Made by a program: the position numbers and the translations under genes. This document shows, in pieces, positions 1 to 10,488 of a DNA stretch of 64,000 bases; positions within the stretch are counted from its first letter, which is position 1; the number at the start of each line of letters is the position of its first letter. The notes beneath the pieces were generated by a model. It was not told the origin of the DNA. It was given only the letters and a program-made list of their open reading frames with translations, and searched no databases. The stretch is from Myxococcota bacterium (GTDB taxonomy: Bacteria > Myxococcota_A > Polyangia > Nannocystales > Nannocystaceae), in NCBI GenBank assembly GCA_039028615.1, contig JBCCHT010000027.1, forward strand, positions 64,001 to 128,000. Direction: 5' to 3'.

Positions 1-2
1 AC

Positions 3-401
3 GCGAGCTGGTGGGCTCCGCTATCCGCCGACGACGAGGGCGCGCCCTTCTTGCTCGCGCCCGAGCGCACGCTGGGCCTGCGCCTGACCGCGCCCGTGTC
101 CAGCGACGTGGCCATCGATCCCCAGCTCGCCGACGCGTGGATCGGCCGACAGCTCGGCCTCAACCTCCGACGTCGCGGTGAGCCGCCCCGCGTGGTGGGG
201 CCCGCCGCGCGCACGCCTTGGCCCAAGCTGCCGCGCTCCCCCGCGCCGCGTCGCAAGCCGGGCCTGGCGGGGCAAGCCGTCGCCGCGCTGTGGCAACGCA
301 CCGATGCCAAGGGCTCGCGCCGCGGCGCCTTGCCCCCGGCCGTCCCCGGCTCGCTCGCCGAGCTGTGGGACGACTACGAGTCCGGGTCGAGGCCGCAGTG
401 A
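3..401 (+). CDS. 3' end of a hypothetical protein (truncated by window start)
   Basis: Frame is open from position 3 to TGA 399-401, which overlaps the next GTG start (GTGA coupling). Confidence 0.6.
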   Translation, partial: ASWWAPLSADDEGAPFLLAPERTLGLRLTAPVSSDVAIDPQLADAWIGRQLGLNLRRRGEPPRVVGPAARTPWPKLPRSPAPRRKPGLAGQAVAALWQRTDAKGSRRGALPPAVPGSLAELWDDYESGSRPQ

Positions 402-1396
402 GCACCCTGCTCCGCCGCACGCTGTATGCCCTGGCCGCGGGCATCCTGCTCTACGTGGCCGGCGTCCTGTACTTCGACGTCGGGCCGGTCATGGAGACGC
501 TGCGGGGCTACCCCTGGTGGGTCTTCGGCGCGGCCTTGCTGCTTTCGGCGGGCAACTACCTGCTGCGCTTCGCCAAGTGGGAGCTTTCGCTGGGCTGGCT
601 TCAGGTTCGCGAGCAAGCGCCCGGCCTCACCCGCGGTCGCTCGCTGCTCATCTACCTCGCGGGGCTGTCCATGTCGGTGACGCCGGGCAAGGTCGGCGAG
701 GTCCTGCGCAGCATGCTGCTCAAGGCCAGCGACGGCATCCCCTTCACTCGCACCGCCCCCGTCGTCGTCGCCGATCGCCTCACCGACCTGATCGCGCTGG
801 TCCTGCTGGCCGCGATCGGGGTCGCCGAGCGCCCCGAGTACCTCCCCGTGCTCGTCGTGACCGTGGTCCTCGTGGTGGTGGGCGTGCTGATCCTCGGCTC
901 TGCTCGGGCGATGAGCGGCATCCTCGATCTGCTGGCGCGAGTCGACCGCCTCCGCGGCCTCGTCGACAAAGCACGGCCGCTGGTCGACAGCAGCGCCACG
1001 CTGATGCGACTGGGACCGCTGAGCTGGCTGACGGTGCTGAGCGTGGCCGGCTGGGGCCTCGAGTGCGTCGGCTTCTGGCTCATCGTCGATGGCTTCGCGG
1101 GCATCGACGCTTCGCTGCGGACCTGCTCGTTGCTGTGGGCGGCCGGCACCCTGGTCGGCGCGTTGAGCTTCTTGCCCGGCGGTCTCGGTGCCACCGAAGG
1201 CAGCTTGGTCGTCGCGACCACTCGCCTCGTCGCGGGCGCATCCCAAGCGGTAGCCCTGGCCGCATCGTTGCTCGGCCGCATCGCGACCCTGTGGTTCGGC
1301 GAGCTCGTGGGTGGAATCGCACTCGCCCTGTTCCTGCGTGATCCAGCGATACGCCAGCGTGCGTTGGCGGCAGAGCGTGACGAAGACGCGACCTGA
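398..1396 (+). CDS. Lysylphosphatidylglycerol synthase TM / UPF0104 flippase-like membrane protein
   Basis: Multi-TM protein with motifs TPGKVGEVLR, DRLTDL, PGGLGATEG and RIATLW. Confidence 0.85.
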   Translation: MSTLLRRTLYALAAGILLYVAGVLYFDVGPVMETLRGYPWWVFGAALLLSAGNYLLRFAKWELSLGWLQVREQAPGLTRGRSLLIYLAGLSMSVTPGKVGEVLRSMLLKASDGIPFTRTAPVVVADRLTDLIALVLLAAIGVAERPEYLPVLVVTVVLVVVGVLILGSARAMSGILDLLARVDRLRGLVDKARPLVDSSATLMRLGPLSWLTVLSVAGWGLECVGFWLIVDGFAGIDASLRTCSLLWAAGTLVGALSFLPGGLGATEGSLVVATTRLVAGASQAVALAASLLGRIATLWFGELVGGIALALFLRDPAIRQRALAAERDEDAT

Positions 1397-1437
1397 GCCC
1401 CTTGTCCCCCGCGCCATAAGCTGCGAGCGTGCCCCGC

Positions 1438-1944
1438 ATGGAGTACCGCATCGAGGACACGTTCGACGTCTCCGCCGAGTACTACTGGGATTTCTTCTTC
1501 TCAGAGCCTTACAACGCCGCCCTGTGGCCGGCGATCGAGATCGACTGGGAGCTGCTGAAGCTCGAGCGCACGGGCGAAGGCTCGTCGCTTCGCATCACTC
1601 GCGAGCAGCGGCTCACCCCGCGCCGCGAGGTCCCGGGCTTCCTCAAGAAGTTCGTCGACGGGGCCATCACCTACGTCGAGAAGAACGAGTTCAGCGCGGC
1701 CGACAACGCGATGAAGACGGTCACCATCCCGGGCTTCGCCGCCGACCGACTGCGGACCGTGGGCACCTACCGACTCGAGGTCCTCGGACCTTCGAAGGTG
1801 AAGCGCATCTGGGACGGCGTCTGCGAGTGCAAGATCCCGCTCATCGGGCGCAAGGTCGAAAAGCAGCTCGTCGAAGAAGTTCGGCAGTCCTACGAGCGCA
1901 CCACCGTGTTCACCCGTAAGTGGATCGCCGACCATTCCACGTAG
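1438..1944 (+). CDS. DUF2505 / START-like (SRPBCC) domain protein
   Basis: About 168 aa; C-terminal KIPLIGRKVEKQLVEEV helix typical of DUF2505. Confidence 0.7.
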   Translation: MEYRIEDTFDVSAEYYWDFFFSEPYNAALWPAIEIDWELLKLERTGEGSSLRITREQRLTPRREVPGFLKKFVDGAITYVEKNEFSAADNAMKTVTIPGFAADRLRTVGTYRLEVLGPSKVKRIWDGVCECKIPLIGRKVEKQLVEEVRQSYERTTVFTRKWIADHST

Positions 1945-2329
1945 GTCGATCGACGACTGCCGAGTACATTGGGGCGCGCCTTCGGGCGCGTTCGTTCGTT
2001 CGCGGCCGCTGCGCAACGCGGGGCGGTGCCCCATCACCGCGGGTCGAGCCGGGGGCCCTCGGCCACCGCCGTGCGTTCGCATTGGCCCCGTGCATCGCAG
2101 CCGGGTGCGAGCATCGACGGAACGCTCTCGGCACGCCGATGAGCCAGTGCCCGATCTCGCTAGCCTACCCCCGCTACGCGGCCGGTCGACCCCTCTCGCT
2201 GGGACTGTGCAAAAAGTTCATGGTCGCTGAATCGTTTGCAGGATGGGCGACAGCGCCGTTCTGAGGCCGATTCCGATTTCCGAGGGTCCCCCGAACGCCC
2301 CTGAAATCACGGTATGCTCGTCGACGGCG

Positions 2330-5300
2330 ATGGAACAATTCAACGTGGTGGGACGACGGCGGCGACGCCGTGGGAATCGGATCGCATCCTTGCGACGCAC
2401 GGTCGTGCAGTCGTTCAAGTGGCTGGCGATGGCCATGGCGGTCTTCTTGTTCGGCACGCAAGAGAGCAACGCTCGCTTGCAGCCGTACTTCGTGGTGCGC
2501 AACGCGACCGTCGAAACGGAGATCACGCCGCGCATCCTCTTCGTGCTCGACACCTCGGGTTCGATGACGGTGGCCGCGAGCCCCGGCATCGCCACGTGTG
2601 CATGGGAGGAGTGCGAGGAGGAAGCCTTCTACGGCACCACCAGCGAGAGCCGCATCAGCGCCGCTCGCCGAGCCGTCAACGAGGTGATCACCGCCACGGG
2701 CGACGAAGCCAAGTTCGCCTTGATGACCTTCGACCAGCACGGGCCGCACACCCCCGGCGCATTCATCCCGCAGTGCTGGAACGGGTACAACTGGCGACGC
2801 TTCGTCTGGGTTCAGTTCTCCTACTATCCGACCCAGGCCTGGAACGCCATCACCCGTGACGGCCACGTCGGTGCGTGGCGCCTGTGCCAGGGCTTCTCCC
2901 AACGTCCCTATCCCTACCTTCGCTGGGACAACTTGGGCTTGGGACAGACCATCGTCGCCAACAATCAAAACGGGGCTGTTCCATCCTCCCCGATGATCAC
3001 CACCGACAACTTCTTTTGGATCAGCAACGACTTCAACGCTCGTCGCCGCGTGCAGTGGTTCCCCACCTTCATGGGCGTGCGTTGGCAGCCCAACGACGCC
3101 ACCGACCCCGGCCGCACCATGACCTACGCGTCGGTCGGTGACTACGGCGCGACGCAAGCGTGGCACGACTTCTTCGTCTGGGAGCACGACTTCTACTACT
3201 GGCCCTACGTCGACGGCTTCCCCGGCTACTCGCACTGGAACGCCTACCCCTACTACACGGGCATGGCCACCTCCGGCGTCGTGGGCACGACCGTCGGCGC
3301 CCAGACGGCGCACCTGTACTCGCCCTTCTATCTCGACCTCGACGGTCTCGGCGTCGACCCGGCAAACACGGGACCGGCGACCGAGGAAGAGGCGCGAGAG
3401 CAGGTCATGAGCCACACCTCGCCGATCATCTACGGCGGTGTGGACTCGGTCGGCCTGACGCCTTGGTACTCGGCCATCGGTGCCGACCCCGGCGTCGCGC
3501 CCAATACCAACGCCGCCTACTCGCACCCGACGGTCGCGTCGTACATCTCGTTCGTCAACAGCGTGGAGACGGGCGACGTCTGTGCTCCCACCGCGGTCGT
3601 GCTCATCACCGACGGTGAGCCCTATCCCGCGAACGAGGGCGGCCCGCCGCTCTACGATCGTCTGGCCGAGCTTCGACGCACCCTCGGCGCTCAGACCTAC
3701 GTGGTCGGCTTCTTCCTCGACGCCGTCTCGCTCAACGACATGGCCTGCGCCGCCGCGGGTGCCTGCGATGGAGGCGTCTGTTCCACCCCGTGCGACGACG
3801 AACCCCAGTCGCAGTGGGATACCTGTGCCGACCCCGACAACCCGGACACGAGCTGCGCCTACCAGGCGAGTTCAGCGGCCGAGCTCCAGACCGTGCTGAC
3901 CGGCATCGTCAGTCGCATCGGCGACCTCGATGTGCCTTCGGGTCCCGGCAGCTCGGCGAACGAGTTCGGTCTCGAGAACAGCGACGGCAGCGACCTCGAA
4001 GCGCTGCAGACCACCGTATCGGCCGCAACCGACTTCCCGGGTTGGCAGGGACACGTCATTCGTGCCGCGTGCGACACCCGTGACGACAGCGGCGAGCTTC
4101 TGCCGCACTGTGTCGACCCGGGCTTCGCGGACGAAGAGCTGGAAGAGACCTTTGGTCCCTGCCCGCAGAGCCGAACCTGGGACGCGGGTGAGTGCCTGGC
4201 GATCACCGATTGTGAAGATCGCCGCATCTACACCAACGACGAGAACAACGAGCCCATCCTGATCTCCGAGGAAGACGGCGAGTCCAGCGACGAGTTCGCC
4301 GACTTGCTCGAGCACATGGGGATCATCGGCGGCGCGGATGCAGAGGATGAAGCCGATGCAATCGCGAGCTTCCTGCTCGGGTGCGAAGCGCCCGGCGACT
4401 GGAAGCTGCCTGGTCTCGCCAACTCGGCGCCGATCATCGTGCGTCGCATTCCGCCCTATCGCTCGGACTTCAGCCCGAGCGTGGCCATCACCGATCCGCA
4501 CTGCGGCGGTCGATTGCTCGGGGCGGGAGACGGCGTGCCTCCTTCGCTCGAGCAGTACGCCGAGGACGTCTGGGACGAAGACAACCTTCTGACCAGTCCC
4601 TCCGATCACTACGAGGCCCAAGAGGCGGTGCTCATCGGCGACGACTTCGGCGTCCTGCATGCGTTCCAGCTCAACAGCGGCAACGAGATGTGGGGCTTCA
4701 TCCCGAGCTACCTGCTCGAGGCCGCCGCCGAGAAGACCGAGGTCGGACCGGGCACCTACGGTCAGACGGCCGAGCTCGAGGACCACAACTACGGCCTCGC
4801 CTCGACCATCAACTACGGCTGGGTCTTCGACGACACCCCCGTCGATGAGGACGACCATCAGTGGCGGCAGCTCGCCATCTTGGGCATGGGTGCCGGCGGT
4901 GCCGAGCACATGGTCCTCGACCTCTCGCACATGAGTCCCGAGTCTCCGCGTGAGCCCTTCGAGATCATGTGGACCACGGAGGACGACGAGCTCGTGGACG
5001 ACTACGACGAGTTCAACGGCGAGACCTGGGCCCGACCGGCGCTCGGCTATCACGTGCCGGGTGAAGTCTCGTCGCAGGTTCCCGACGCATACTTCGTCAT
5101 GGGCAGCGGCTACCCCGTCGATGCCGGCGAGCCGAACCAGGGCCGTACCTTGCTGCAGGTCGACGCGTTGACCGGCGAAATCGAGGACTACGCGGTCCTG
5201 CCCGCGCCCACCGACGGGAACCTCTTCGAGCCCGAGTTCGGCACCGTGGTCGATCCGGCCGTCGGTACTCACTGCCTGTCTCGGCTCTGGGCCGAGATGC

Positions 5301-6367
5301 AGGAGGTCTACGTCACCGATCCCGCGGGTCGACTCTTCCGCTGGGACCTCGGTCGTGAGACCAACCACGAAGCGGATAGCGGCGGCGTCTGGGGCAATGC
5401 TGCGACGCCCGCCATCAGCGAGCCTCTGCTGGCCTGCCTGGGCAGCGGTGACTCCTGCACCGTCGGCGCGGGCGACTACGCGGAGACCTTCGCGTTCTCT
5501 CCCGCCATCACCTCCAACGATCGACTCGACGACGTGACCTCGGCCAGCTCGGCCGGGCCACTGAGCCCGACCGATCAGTTCCTCATCGCGTTGATCAGCG
5601 GTACGCCGGCCGACGACGCACTACGAGATGGCTACGGGTCTCGCTTCCACAGCAGCCTGTACATCATCGCCGACGATCACAGCGGTGATGCATCCGAAGG
5701 CATCGAGATTCCCGCGGGCGCGCCCAAGACCGCCCCGGGAGAAGACGACTCGTTCGTCCGCATCGCGCTCACGGACATCGAGCGCACGCGAACCATCGTG
5801 CCCTTCGAGGGCGCCGATGAGCTGGTCGAGAGTCGTAACTTCTCGCGAGGCACTCGACCGATTCGTGCGCCGCGTATCTTCGTGACCGGTGCCGTCGACG
5901 AGAACACGGTCGACGACGACGTCCCGACCGTCATCGATGGCGTCGAGGTGTACTTCATCGAGTTCACCGTCTACGAGCCGCCCGCCGAAGTCTGCGACCG
6001 TGCCTTCTACGACGTGGCAAACGCCGAGTGGCACCCCGACCCGGGCTCCACCTACGTGCTCACCTTCCGTCTCACCGCAGACGTGGCCTCCGGCTTCGAT
6101 CTGCTCAACGGAGCGGGCAACGACAACGGTGGCGACGACGGAGACGGTGTCGACTTCGGCGACGGCAACGAGACCGGGCTGAGCTTCGTCTCGGTCGATC
6201 AGATCGGCACGGGTGACTGTGCCGACGGTGGATGCGGACCTCTGGTCGGCAACCCCTTCTCGGCTCCCTGCGACAACAACAGCGGGGGGGCCAACGCCGC
6301 GGCCGGGACCGGAGCGGCGCTGGCCGTGACGCACAAGGAGCTGTCGGCCTTCACCCCGGTGGAGTAG
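2330..6367 (+). CDS. PilY1/PilC-like adhesin with vWA domain
   Basis: vWA MIDAS motifs (ILFVLDTSGSM, VVLITDGEP), a Cys-rich middle, and PilY1 propeller motifs (GVLHAFQLNSGNEMWGFIP, GETWARP). Start uncertain (2330 or 2429). Confidence 0.75.
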   Translation: MEQFNVVGRRRRRRGNRIASLRRTVVQSFKWLAMAMAVFLFGTQESNARLQPYFVVRNATVETEITPRILFVLDTSGSMTVAASPGIATCAWEECEEEAFYGTTSESRISAARRAVNEVITATGDEAKFALMTFDQHGPHTPGAFIPQCWNGYNWRRFVWVQFSYYPTQAWNAITRDGHVGAWRLCQGFSQRPYPYLRWDNLGLGQTIVANNQNGAVPSSPMITTDNFFWISNDFNARRRVQWFPTFMGVRWQPNDATDPGRTMTYASVGDYGATQAWHDFFVWEHDFYYWPYVDGFPGYSHWNAYPYYTGMATSGVVGTTVGAQTAHLYSPFYLDLDGLGVDPANTGPATEEEAREQVMSHTSPIIYGGVDSVGLTPWYSAIGADPGVAPNTNAAYSHPTVASYISFVNSVETGDVCAPTAVVLITDGEPYPANEGGPPLYDRLAELRRTLGAQTYVVGFFLDAVSLNDMACAAAGACDGGVCSTPCDDEPQSQWDTCADPDNPDTSCAYQASSAAELQTVLTGIVSRIGDLDVPSGPGSSANEFGLENSDGSDLEALQTTVSAATDFPGWQGHVIRAACDTRDDSGELLPHCVDPGFADEELEETFGPCPQSRTWDAGECLAITDCEDRRIYTNDENNEPILISEEDGESSDEFADLLEHMGIIGGADAEDEADAIASFLLGCEAPGDWKLPGLANSAPIIVRRIPPYRSDFSPSVAITDPHCGGRLLGAGDGVPPSLEQYAEDVWDEDNLLTSPSDHYEAQEAVLIGDDFGVLHAFQLNSGNEMWGFIPSYLLEAAAEKTEVGPGTYGQTAELEDHNYGLASTINYGWVFDDTPVDEDDHQWRQLAILGMGAGGAEHMVLDLSHMSPESPREPFEIMWTTEDDELVDDYDEFNGETWARPALGYHVPGEVSSQVPDAYFVMGSGYPVDAGEPNQGRTLLQVDALTGEIEDYAVLPAPTDGNLFEPEFGTVVDPAVGTHCLSRLWAEMQEVYVTDPAGRLFRWDLGRETNHEADSGGVWGNAATPAISEPLLACLGSGDSCTVGAGDYAETFAFSPAITSNDRLDDVTSASSAGPLSPTDQFLIALISGTPADDALRDGYGSRFHSSLYIIADDHSGDASEGIEIPAGAPKTAPGEDDSFVRIALTDIERTRTIVPFEGADELVESRNFSRGTRPIRAPRIFVTGAVDENTVDDDVPTVIDGVEVYFIEFTVYEPPAEVCDRAFYDVANAEWHPDPGSTYVLTFRLTADVASGFDLLNGAGNDNGGDDGDGVDFGDGNETGLSFVSVDQIGTGDCADGGCGPLVGNPFSAPCDNNSGGANAAAGTGAALAVTHKELSAFTPVE

Positions 6368-6465
6368 TCGGCGCAGGTCGTCGCAAACGACGACGGGGCA
6401 CGCAGACCACCGCGGTGGTTGGCGTGCCCCGTTTCAATTGGAGCGCGAACAAAGAGCGCGAAGCT

Positions 6466-6999
6466 CTAATCTTCCTTGGATTCGGCTTCGGCGTCTTCCT
6501 CGGGCATCGGGGCTTCGATCTCGTTGATGACCCGGCGAAGCAGCCCCTCGACGAGCAGGGCTCGCTCGCCCGCGTCGTAGCGGCCGTCTTGGTAGCGCGC
6601 CTGGATGTCGTCGAACTTCTCGTGCCCGTCGCGGATGATCTGCTTGTAGGGCCGCACCCGTCGCATGACTTCCTTTTGGTTGGACCAGAAGAACGACACC
6701 AGCGTGGCCGCGGTGAAGCCGGTGAGGATCATGCCCAGCGGACCCCCGAGCAGGTACTTGAGGCCGACCCGCAGCGCCACCACCCCGGCGGCGCCCATCG
6801 CGAATTCCTTGACCCCGCTCTTGCGGATGCGGCCCCAGGCCATGGGCAACATCTCGCCCGACGCGATGACCAAGGCGACGAACTCGGCGCGTTTGGCTCC
6901 AACTTCGTAGACGTCGGTGAGGACCTGCTGCATGAAGGCGTCAAAACCTTCATAGACGTCCGCCGGATAGGCGGTGTGGGCGTTGTCCGGGTCGGCCAT
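6466..6999 (-). CDS. Hypothetical membrane-associated protein
   Basis: 177 aa with a central Gly-rich hydrophobic segment and coding-like codon bias; GGAG RBS upstream. Confidence 0.7.
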   Translation of the reverse strand: MADPDNAHTAYPADVYEGFDAFMQQVLTDVYEVGAKRAEFVALVIASGEMLPMAWGRIRKSGVKEFAMGAAGVVALRVGLKYLLGGPLGMILTGFTAATLVSFFWSNQKEVMRRVRPYKQIIRDGHEKFDDIQARYQDGRYDAGERALLVEGLLRRVINEIEAPMPEEDAEAESKED

Positions 7000-7144
7000 G
7001 CTCCAGGGAGGATAGCACCGGGCGCCCCGCGCTCTGACGAGCGGCGGTCGACAGCCATGTGGCGTGCCTTTGGGCCCCAGACGGGAACACGCCCCCGGGG
7101 CCGGTTCGTGCGTCCCAATGCACGTGGACGCGCTCCCCTTCGGT

Positions 7145-7173
7145 TTGACACTCCAGCCCTGCCCTCGGACAAT
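7145..7173 (+). promoter_or_regulatory. Putative sigma70 promoter for the TPR-peptidase gene
   Basis: TTGACA (7145-7150), 17-bp spacer, GACAAT (7168-7173), 10 bp before ATG 7184. Confidence 0.55.
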
Positions 7174-7183
7174 TCGCGGTCCG

Positions 7184-10072
7184 ATGCGGTCCCCCACGCG
7201 AGCCGGCCCCCCTTCCCCCCGCCGCCCTCGCCCCGTGGCGTCGCGCACCGCCAGCCGGTTGCTCGCCGCCGCCGCGGTGCTGGTGCTCACCGCATCGTGC
7301 AACAAGGCCACGACCCCTCCGCCGGTCGAGCCCACCACGACCGCCCCCGTCGACCCGAACCGCCACGGCGACACCACGTCCGCCTACGCCGGTCACGAGG
7401 ACACGAACGAAGGGCCGTCGAAACGACAGCGCCCCGAGCCCCAGACGGTCGGCGATCGGGACGCCGCCCTCGACGCCGTGCTGCGGGGCAACCCCGAGGG
7501 CGCGATCGAGTTCCTCGCCGGCTTCGTCGGTGAGCACGCCGACGACGTCGAGGCCCGCATGGCGCTGGCCCGGGCGCAGATCATGGTGGGGTCGCTCGAC
7601 GATGCCGCGGCCACCTTGGCCGACCCGGCCGGAGCTCCCGACGACCTGCGCGTCGTCCAGCAGCGAGCCAAGCTCGCGTGGCGACAGGGCAAGGCCGACG
7701 AGGCCACGCAGCTGCTCGAGCAAGCGAGCCGGGCCCACCCCGACGACGTCCCCCTCCGCGGCGAGCTGCTCCGCGTGATGGTCCAGCGAGGGCGGGGTGA
7801 CGAGCCTGCCGCCAAGGCGCTGGTGGACGGGCTCTACGACGCCTACGACGACGGCAGCGCCAAGGGTCCCCGAGCGCTGGTCGCCGTGGCCCAAGCCGCA
7901 CTCGCCCAGGGCGGCACCGGAGCCTTCCACGACGCCAACATGGTGCTGCAGGAAGCCGAAGATCTCGCGCCCGTATCCAAGGGCGAGCAGATCGCCGACG
8001 ACGTGCTGCTGCTGCGCGGCGACATGTTCCTCGACAAGTACGCCGAGAGCGAAGCGGCCGAGACCTTCGGCCTGCTGCTCGAGCGCGACCCCTGGCACCC
8101 CGACGCGCTGGCCGGCATGGCCCGGGTGCACATGAGCGGCCTGCGGTTCGCCGACGCGGCTCGCTTCGCCGAAGAAGTACTCCAGGTCGACCCGCACCAC
8201 CCCGATGCCCATGCCGTGCTCGGCCGCATCGCGCTCATCGAGGGTCGCCGCGAAGAAGCCCGACGACGCAGCACCGAGGAGTCCCTCGCCGTCAACCCGA
8301 GCCACACCGGAGGGCTCGCCGTGCTCGCCGCGCTCGCCATCGCCGAGGGCAAGCCCGATGCCTACGCCAGCTGGCGGGACCGCGCCCTCGTCCACGATCG
8401 TCGGGGGCGCGACTTCTTCATCGATCTGTCCGACATCCTGGGCTTCTTGCACCTGTACCCCGAGGCGGACGAGGCCCTGCGCGAAGGCGTGAAGCTGGCT
8501 CCTCGCGATCCCGGGGTGCAGAGCGCACTGGGGCTGAACTTGCTGCGCCTCGGCCGGGAGAAGGAAGGCCGCGAAGCCCTCGCCACCGCGTGGAAGCGCG
8601 ATCGCTTCAACGAGCGCACGCGCAACGTGCTGGACCTCTACGAGGAGACCATCGATCGCCACTACGAAGAGCGAACCGAAGGCGAGCTCACCGTCCGCCT
8701 ACCGACCGAGGATCGCGAGTTCATCGAGCACGGCCTGCTCGACTCGGTCCGGCACTCCCGCGACGAGCTCGATGGCCACTACGGCATGAAGGCCGGCCAG
8801 CTGCGCCTGGAGTTCTTCTCCGACCCGCGTGCCTTCTCCGTGCGCACGGTCGGCGTGCCCAGCCTCGGCGCCCTGGCCGTGTGCTTCGGCCCGGTCATCA
8901 CCTTCGTCGGCCCCTACTCCGGCGCCTACAACATCGACATGGTGGTCCGCCACGAGCTCGGGCACACCTACGCGATCGCGCTCTCGGGGGGCCGAGTGCC
9001 CCGCTGGTTCACCGAGGGCCTGAGCGAGTGGGAATCGGAGCTGGCCGATCCCGCCTATGCCCGCGAGAGCGCCGCGTTGCTCTCCCAGGCCCGCGAGGCG
9101 GGCAAGCTCCGTCGGCTCTCCGAGCTCGAGCTCGCCTTCATCCGGGCCAACAGCGGCGCGATGATGGAGGTCGCCTACGCCACCGCCGCCTATGCCATGC
9201 GCTACCTCGGCCGCACCTATGGCCGGCCCAAGCTCATCGAGATCCTCCGCGGCTACCGCGAGGGTGCCGACACCGACACCCTGTTCAAACAACACCTGGG
9301 CAAGCCCATCTCCGAGGTCGAGAAGGACTTCGAGGCGTGGTTCTTCGATCAGCTCGACACCAAGATCAGCGGCTGGGAGCCCGCGCGCTCGGGCAAGGGT
9401 GACGAGCGGGACGAGCTGCTGAAGAAGGCGATCCAGCAGGCGAGCGCGGGCGATACCAACGAAGCCACCCGAACCCTCGAGGGCCTTCTGACCAAGGGCG
9501 GCGACGGCTTCGCCCCGCGCATGATGCTGGCCAAGATGCTCGTCGACGGGCCCAACCCCGGCGCGGCCAAGCGCCACCTCGAGGCCGCGCGAGGTCATCA
9601 CACCGAAGCGATCGAGCCGCTGGTCATGCTCGCCAACCTCGCCCGCACCGAGGGCATGGTCGACGACGAGAAGACCCACCTGCAGGCCGCCATGAAGATC
9701 GATGGCGACAGCATCGAGCCCGCCGCGCGGCTGCTGATGCTCGGCATCGTCACTCACGACGACGCCGCTCGGGACCTCGGCCTCGCCCGCATCCGCGGCA
9801 TTGCGCCCTTGCACCCCATCGCGCTGTCCGCCCAGGCCCTGAAGATGTCGAAGGACAAGTCCGAGCGGGCTCGCGCGGGTAAGTTCCTCCGTCGGGCGCT
9901 GCGCGACCTCCAACCCGGCCAGGGCCCCGCCGATACCTTCGTCGTCGTCGCCCTCGCGGCCGATGCCCTCGATCAGACCAACGACGCCAAGACCATGGCC
10001 CAAGCCGCGCTCGCCGACAAAGCGCTGCCCAAGGCCGCCCGCGATCGACTCGGAACGATCGGCAACAAGTAA
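7184..10072 (+). CDS. TPR-repeat lipoprotein with zincin (peptidase MA-like) domain
   Basis: Lipobox-like LTASC, many TPR helices, HELGH followed by PRWFTEGLSEW. Confidence 0.8.
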   Translation: MRSPTRAGPPSPRRPRPVASRTASRLLAAAAVLVLTASCNKATTPPPVEPTTTAPVDPNRHGDTTSAYAGHEDTNEGPSKRQRPEPQTVGDRDAALDAVLRGNPEGAIEFLAGFVGEHADDVEARMALARAQIMVGSLDDAAATLADPAGAPDDLRVVQQRAKLAWRQGKADEATQLLEQASRAHPDDVPLRGELLRVMVQRGRGDEPAAKALVDGLYDAYDDGSAKGPRALVAVAQAALAQGGTGAFHDANMVLQEAEDLAPVSKGEQIADDVLLLRGDMFLDKYAESEAAETFGLLLERDPWHPDALAGMARVHMSGLRFADAARFAEEVLQVDPHHPDAHAVLGRIALIEGRREEARRRSTEESLAVNPSHTGGLAVLAALAIAEGKPDAYASWRDRALVHDRRGRDFFIDLSDILGFLHLYPEADEALREGVKLAPRDPGVQSALGLNLLRLGREKEGREALATAWKRDRFNERTRNVLDLYEETIDRHYEERTEGELTVRLPTEDREFIEHGLLDSVRHSRDELDGHYGMKAGQLRLEFFSDPRAFSVRTVGVPSLGALAVCFGPVITFVGPYSGAYNIDMVVRHELGHTYAIALSGGRVPRWFTEGLSEWESELADPAYARESAALLSQAREAGKLRRLSELELAFIRANSGAMMEVAYATAAYAMRYLGRTYGRPKLIEILRGYREGADTDTLFKQHLGKPISEVEKDFEAWFFDQLDTKISGWEPARSGKGDERDELLKKAIQQASAGDTNEATRTLEGLLTKGGDGFAPRMMLAKMLVDGPNPGAAKRHLEAARGHHTEAIEPLVMLANLARTEGMVDDEKTHLQAAMKIDGDSIEPAARLLMLGIVTHDDAARDLGLARIRGIAPLHPIALSAQALKMSKDKSERARAGKFLRRALRDLQPGQGPADTFVVVALAADALDQTNDAKTMAQAALADKALPKAARDRLGTIGNK

Positions 10073-10082
10073 AGGAACGACC

Positions 10083-10484
10083 GTGGCTCGTGACCGAAAC
10101 GTTCTCGGCGGGCGCTTGCAGACCTGCTGCACCTCGCCCATGACCGGCTTCCACCGCGACGGCTGCTGCCGTACCGGTCCCGAAGACCGAGGCATCCACT
10201 CCGTCTGCGCGCGCATGACCGAGGAGTTCCTCGCCTACTCGCGAAGCAAGGGCAACGACCTCAGCACCCCCGCGCCCGCCCACGGTTTTCCGGGGCTCGT
10301 CCCCGGCGATGGCTGGTGCCTGTGTGCCGCGCGATGGAAGGAGGCCTTCGAGGCCGGCGTGGCACCTCCCGTGGTGCTCGAGGCGACGCATGAAGACACG
10401 CTGAAGGTCGTCGAGCTCGAGGACCTGCAGGCCCACGCGGTGCCGCCCCGCACGGGCGGCCAAGGCCGCGACCTGCCCAACTGA
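10083..10484 (+). CDS. DUF2237 family protein
   Basis: NVLGGRLQTCCTSPMTGFHRDGCC...GDGWCLCAARW signature. Confidence 0.9.
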   Translation: MARDRNVLGGRLQTCCTSPMTGFHRDGCCRTGPEDRGIHSVCARMTEEFLAYSRSKGNDLSTPAPAHGFPGLVPGDGWCLCAARWKEAFEAGVAPPVVLEATHEDTLKVVELEDLQAHAVPPRTGGQGRDLPN

Positions 10485-10488
10485 GCGC

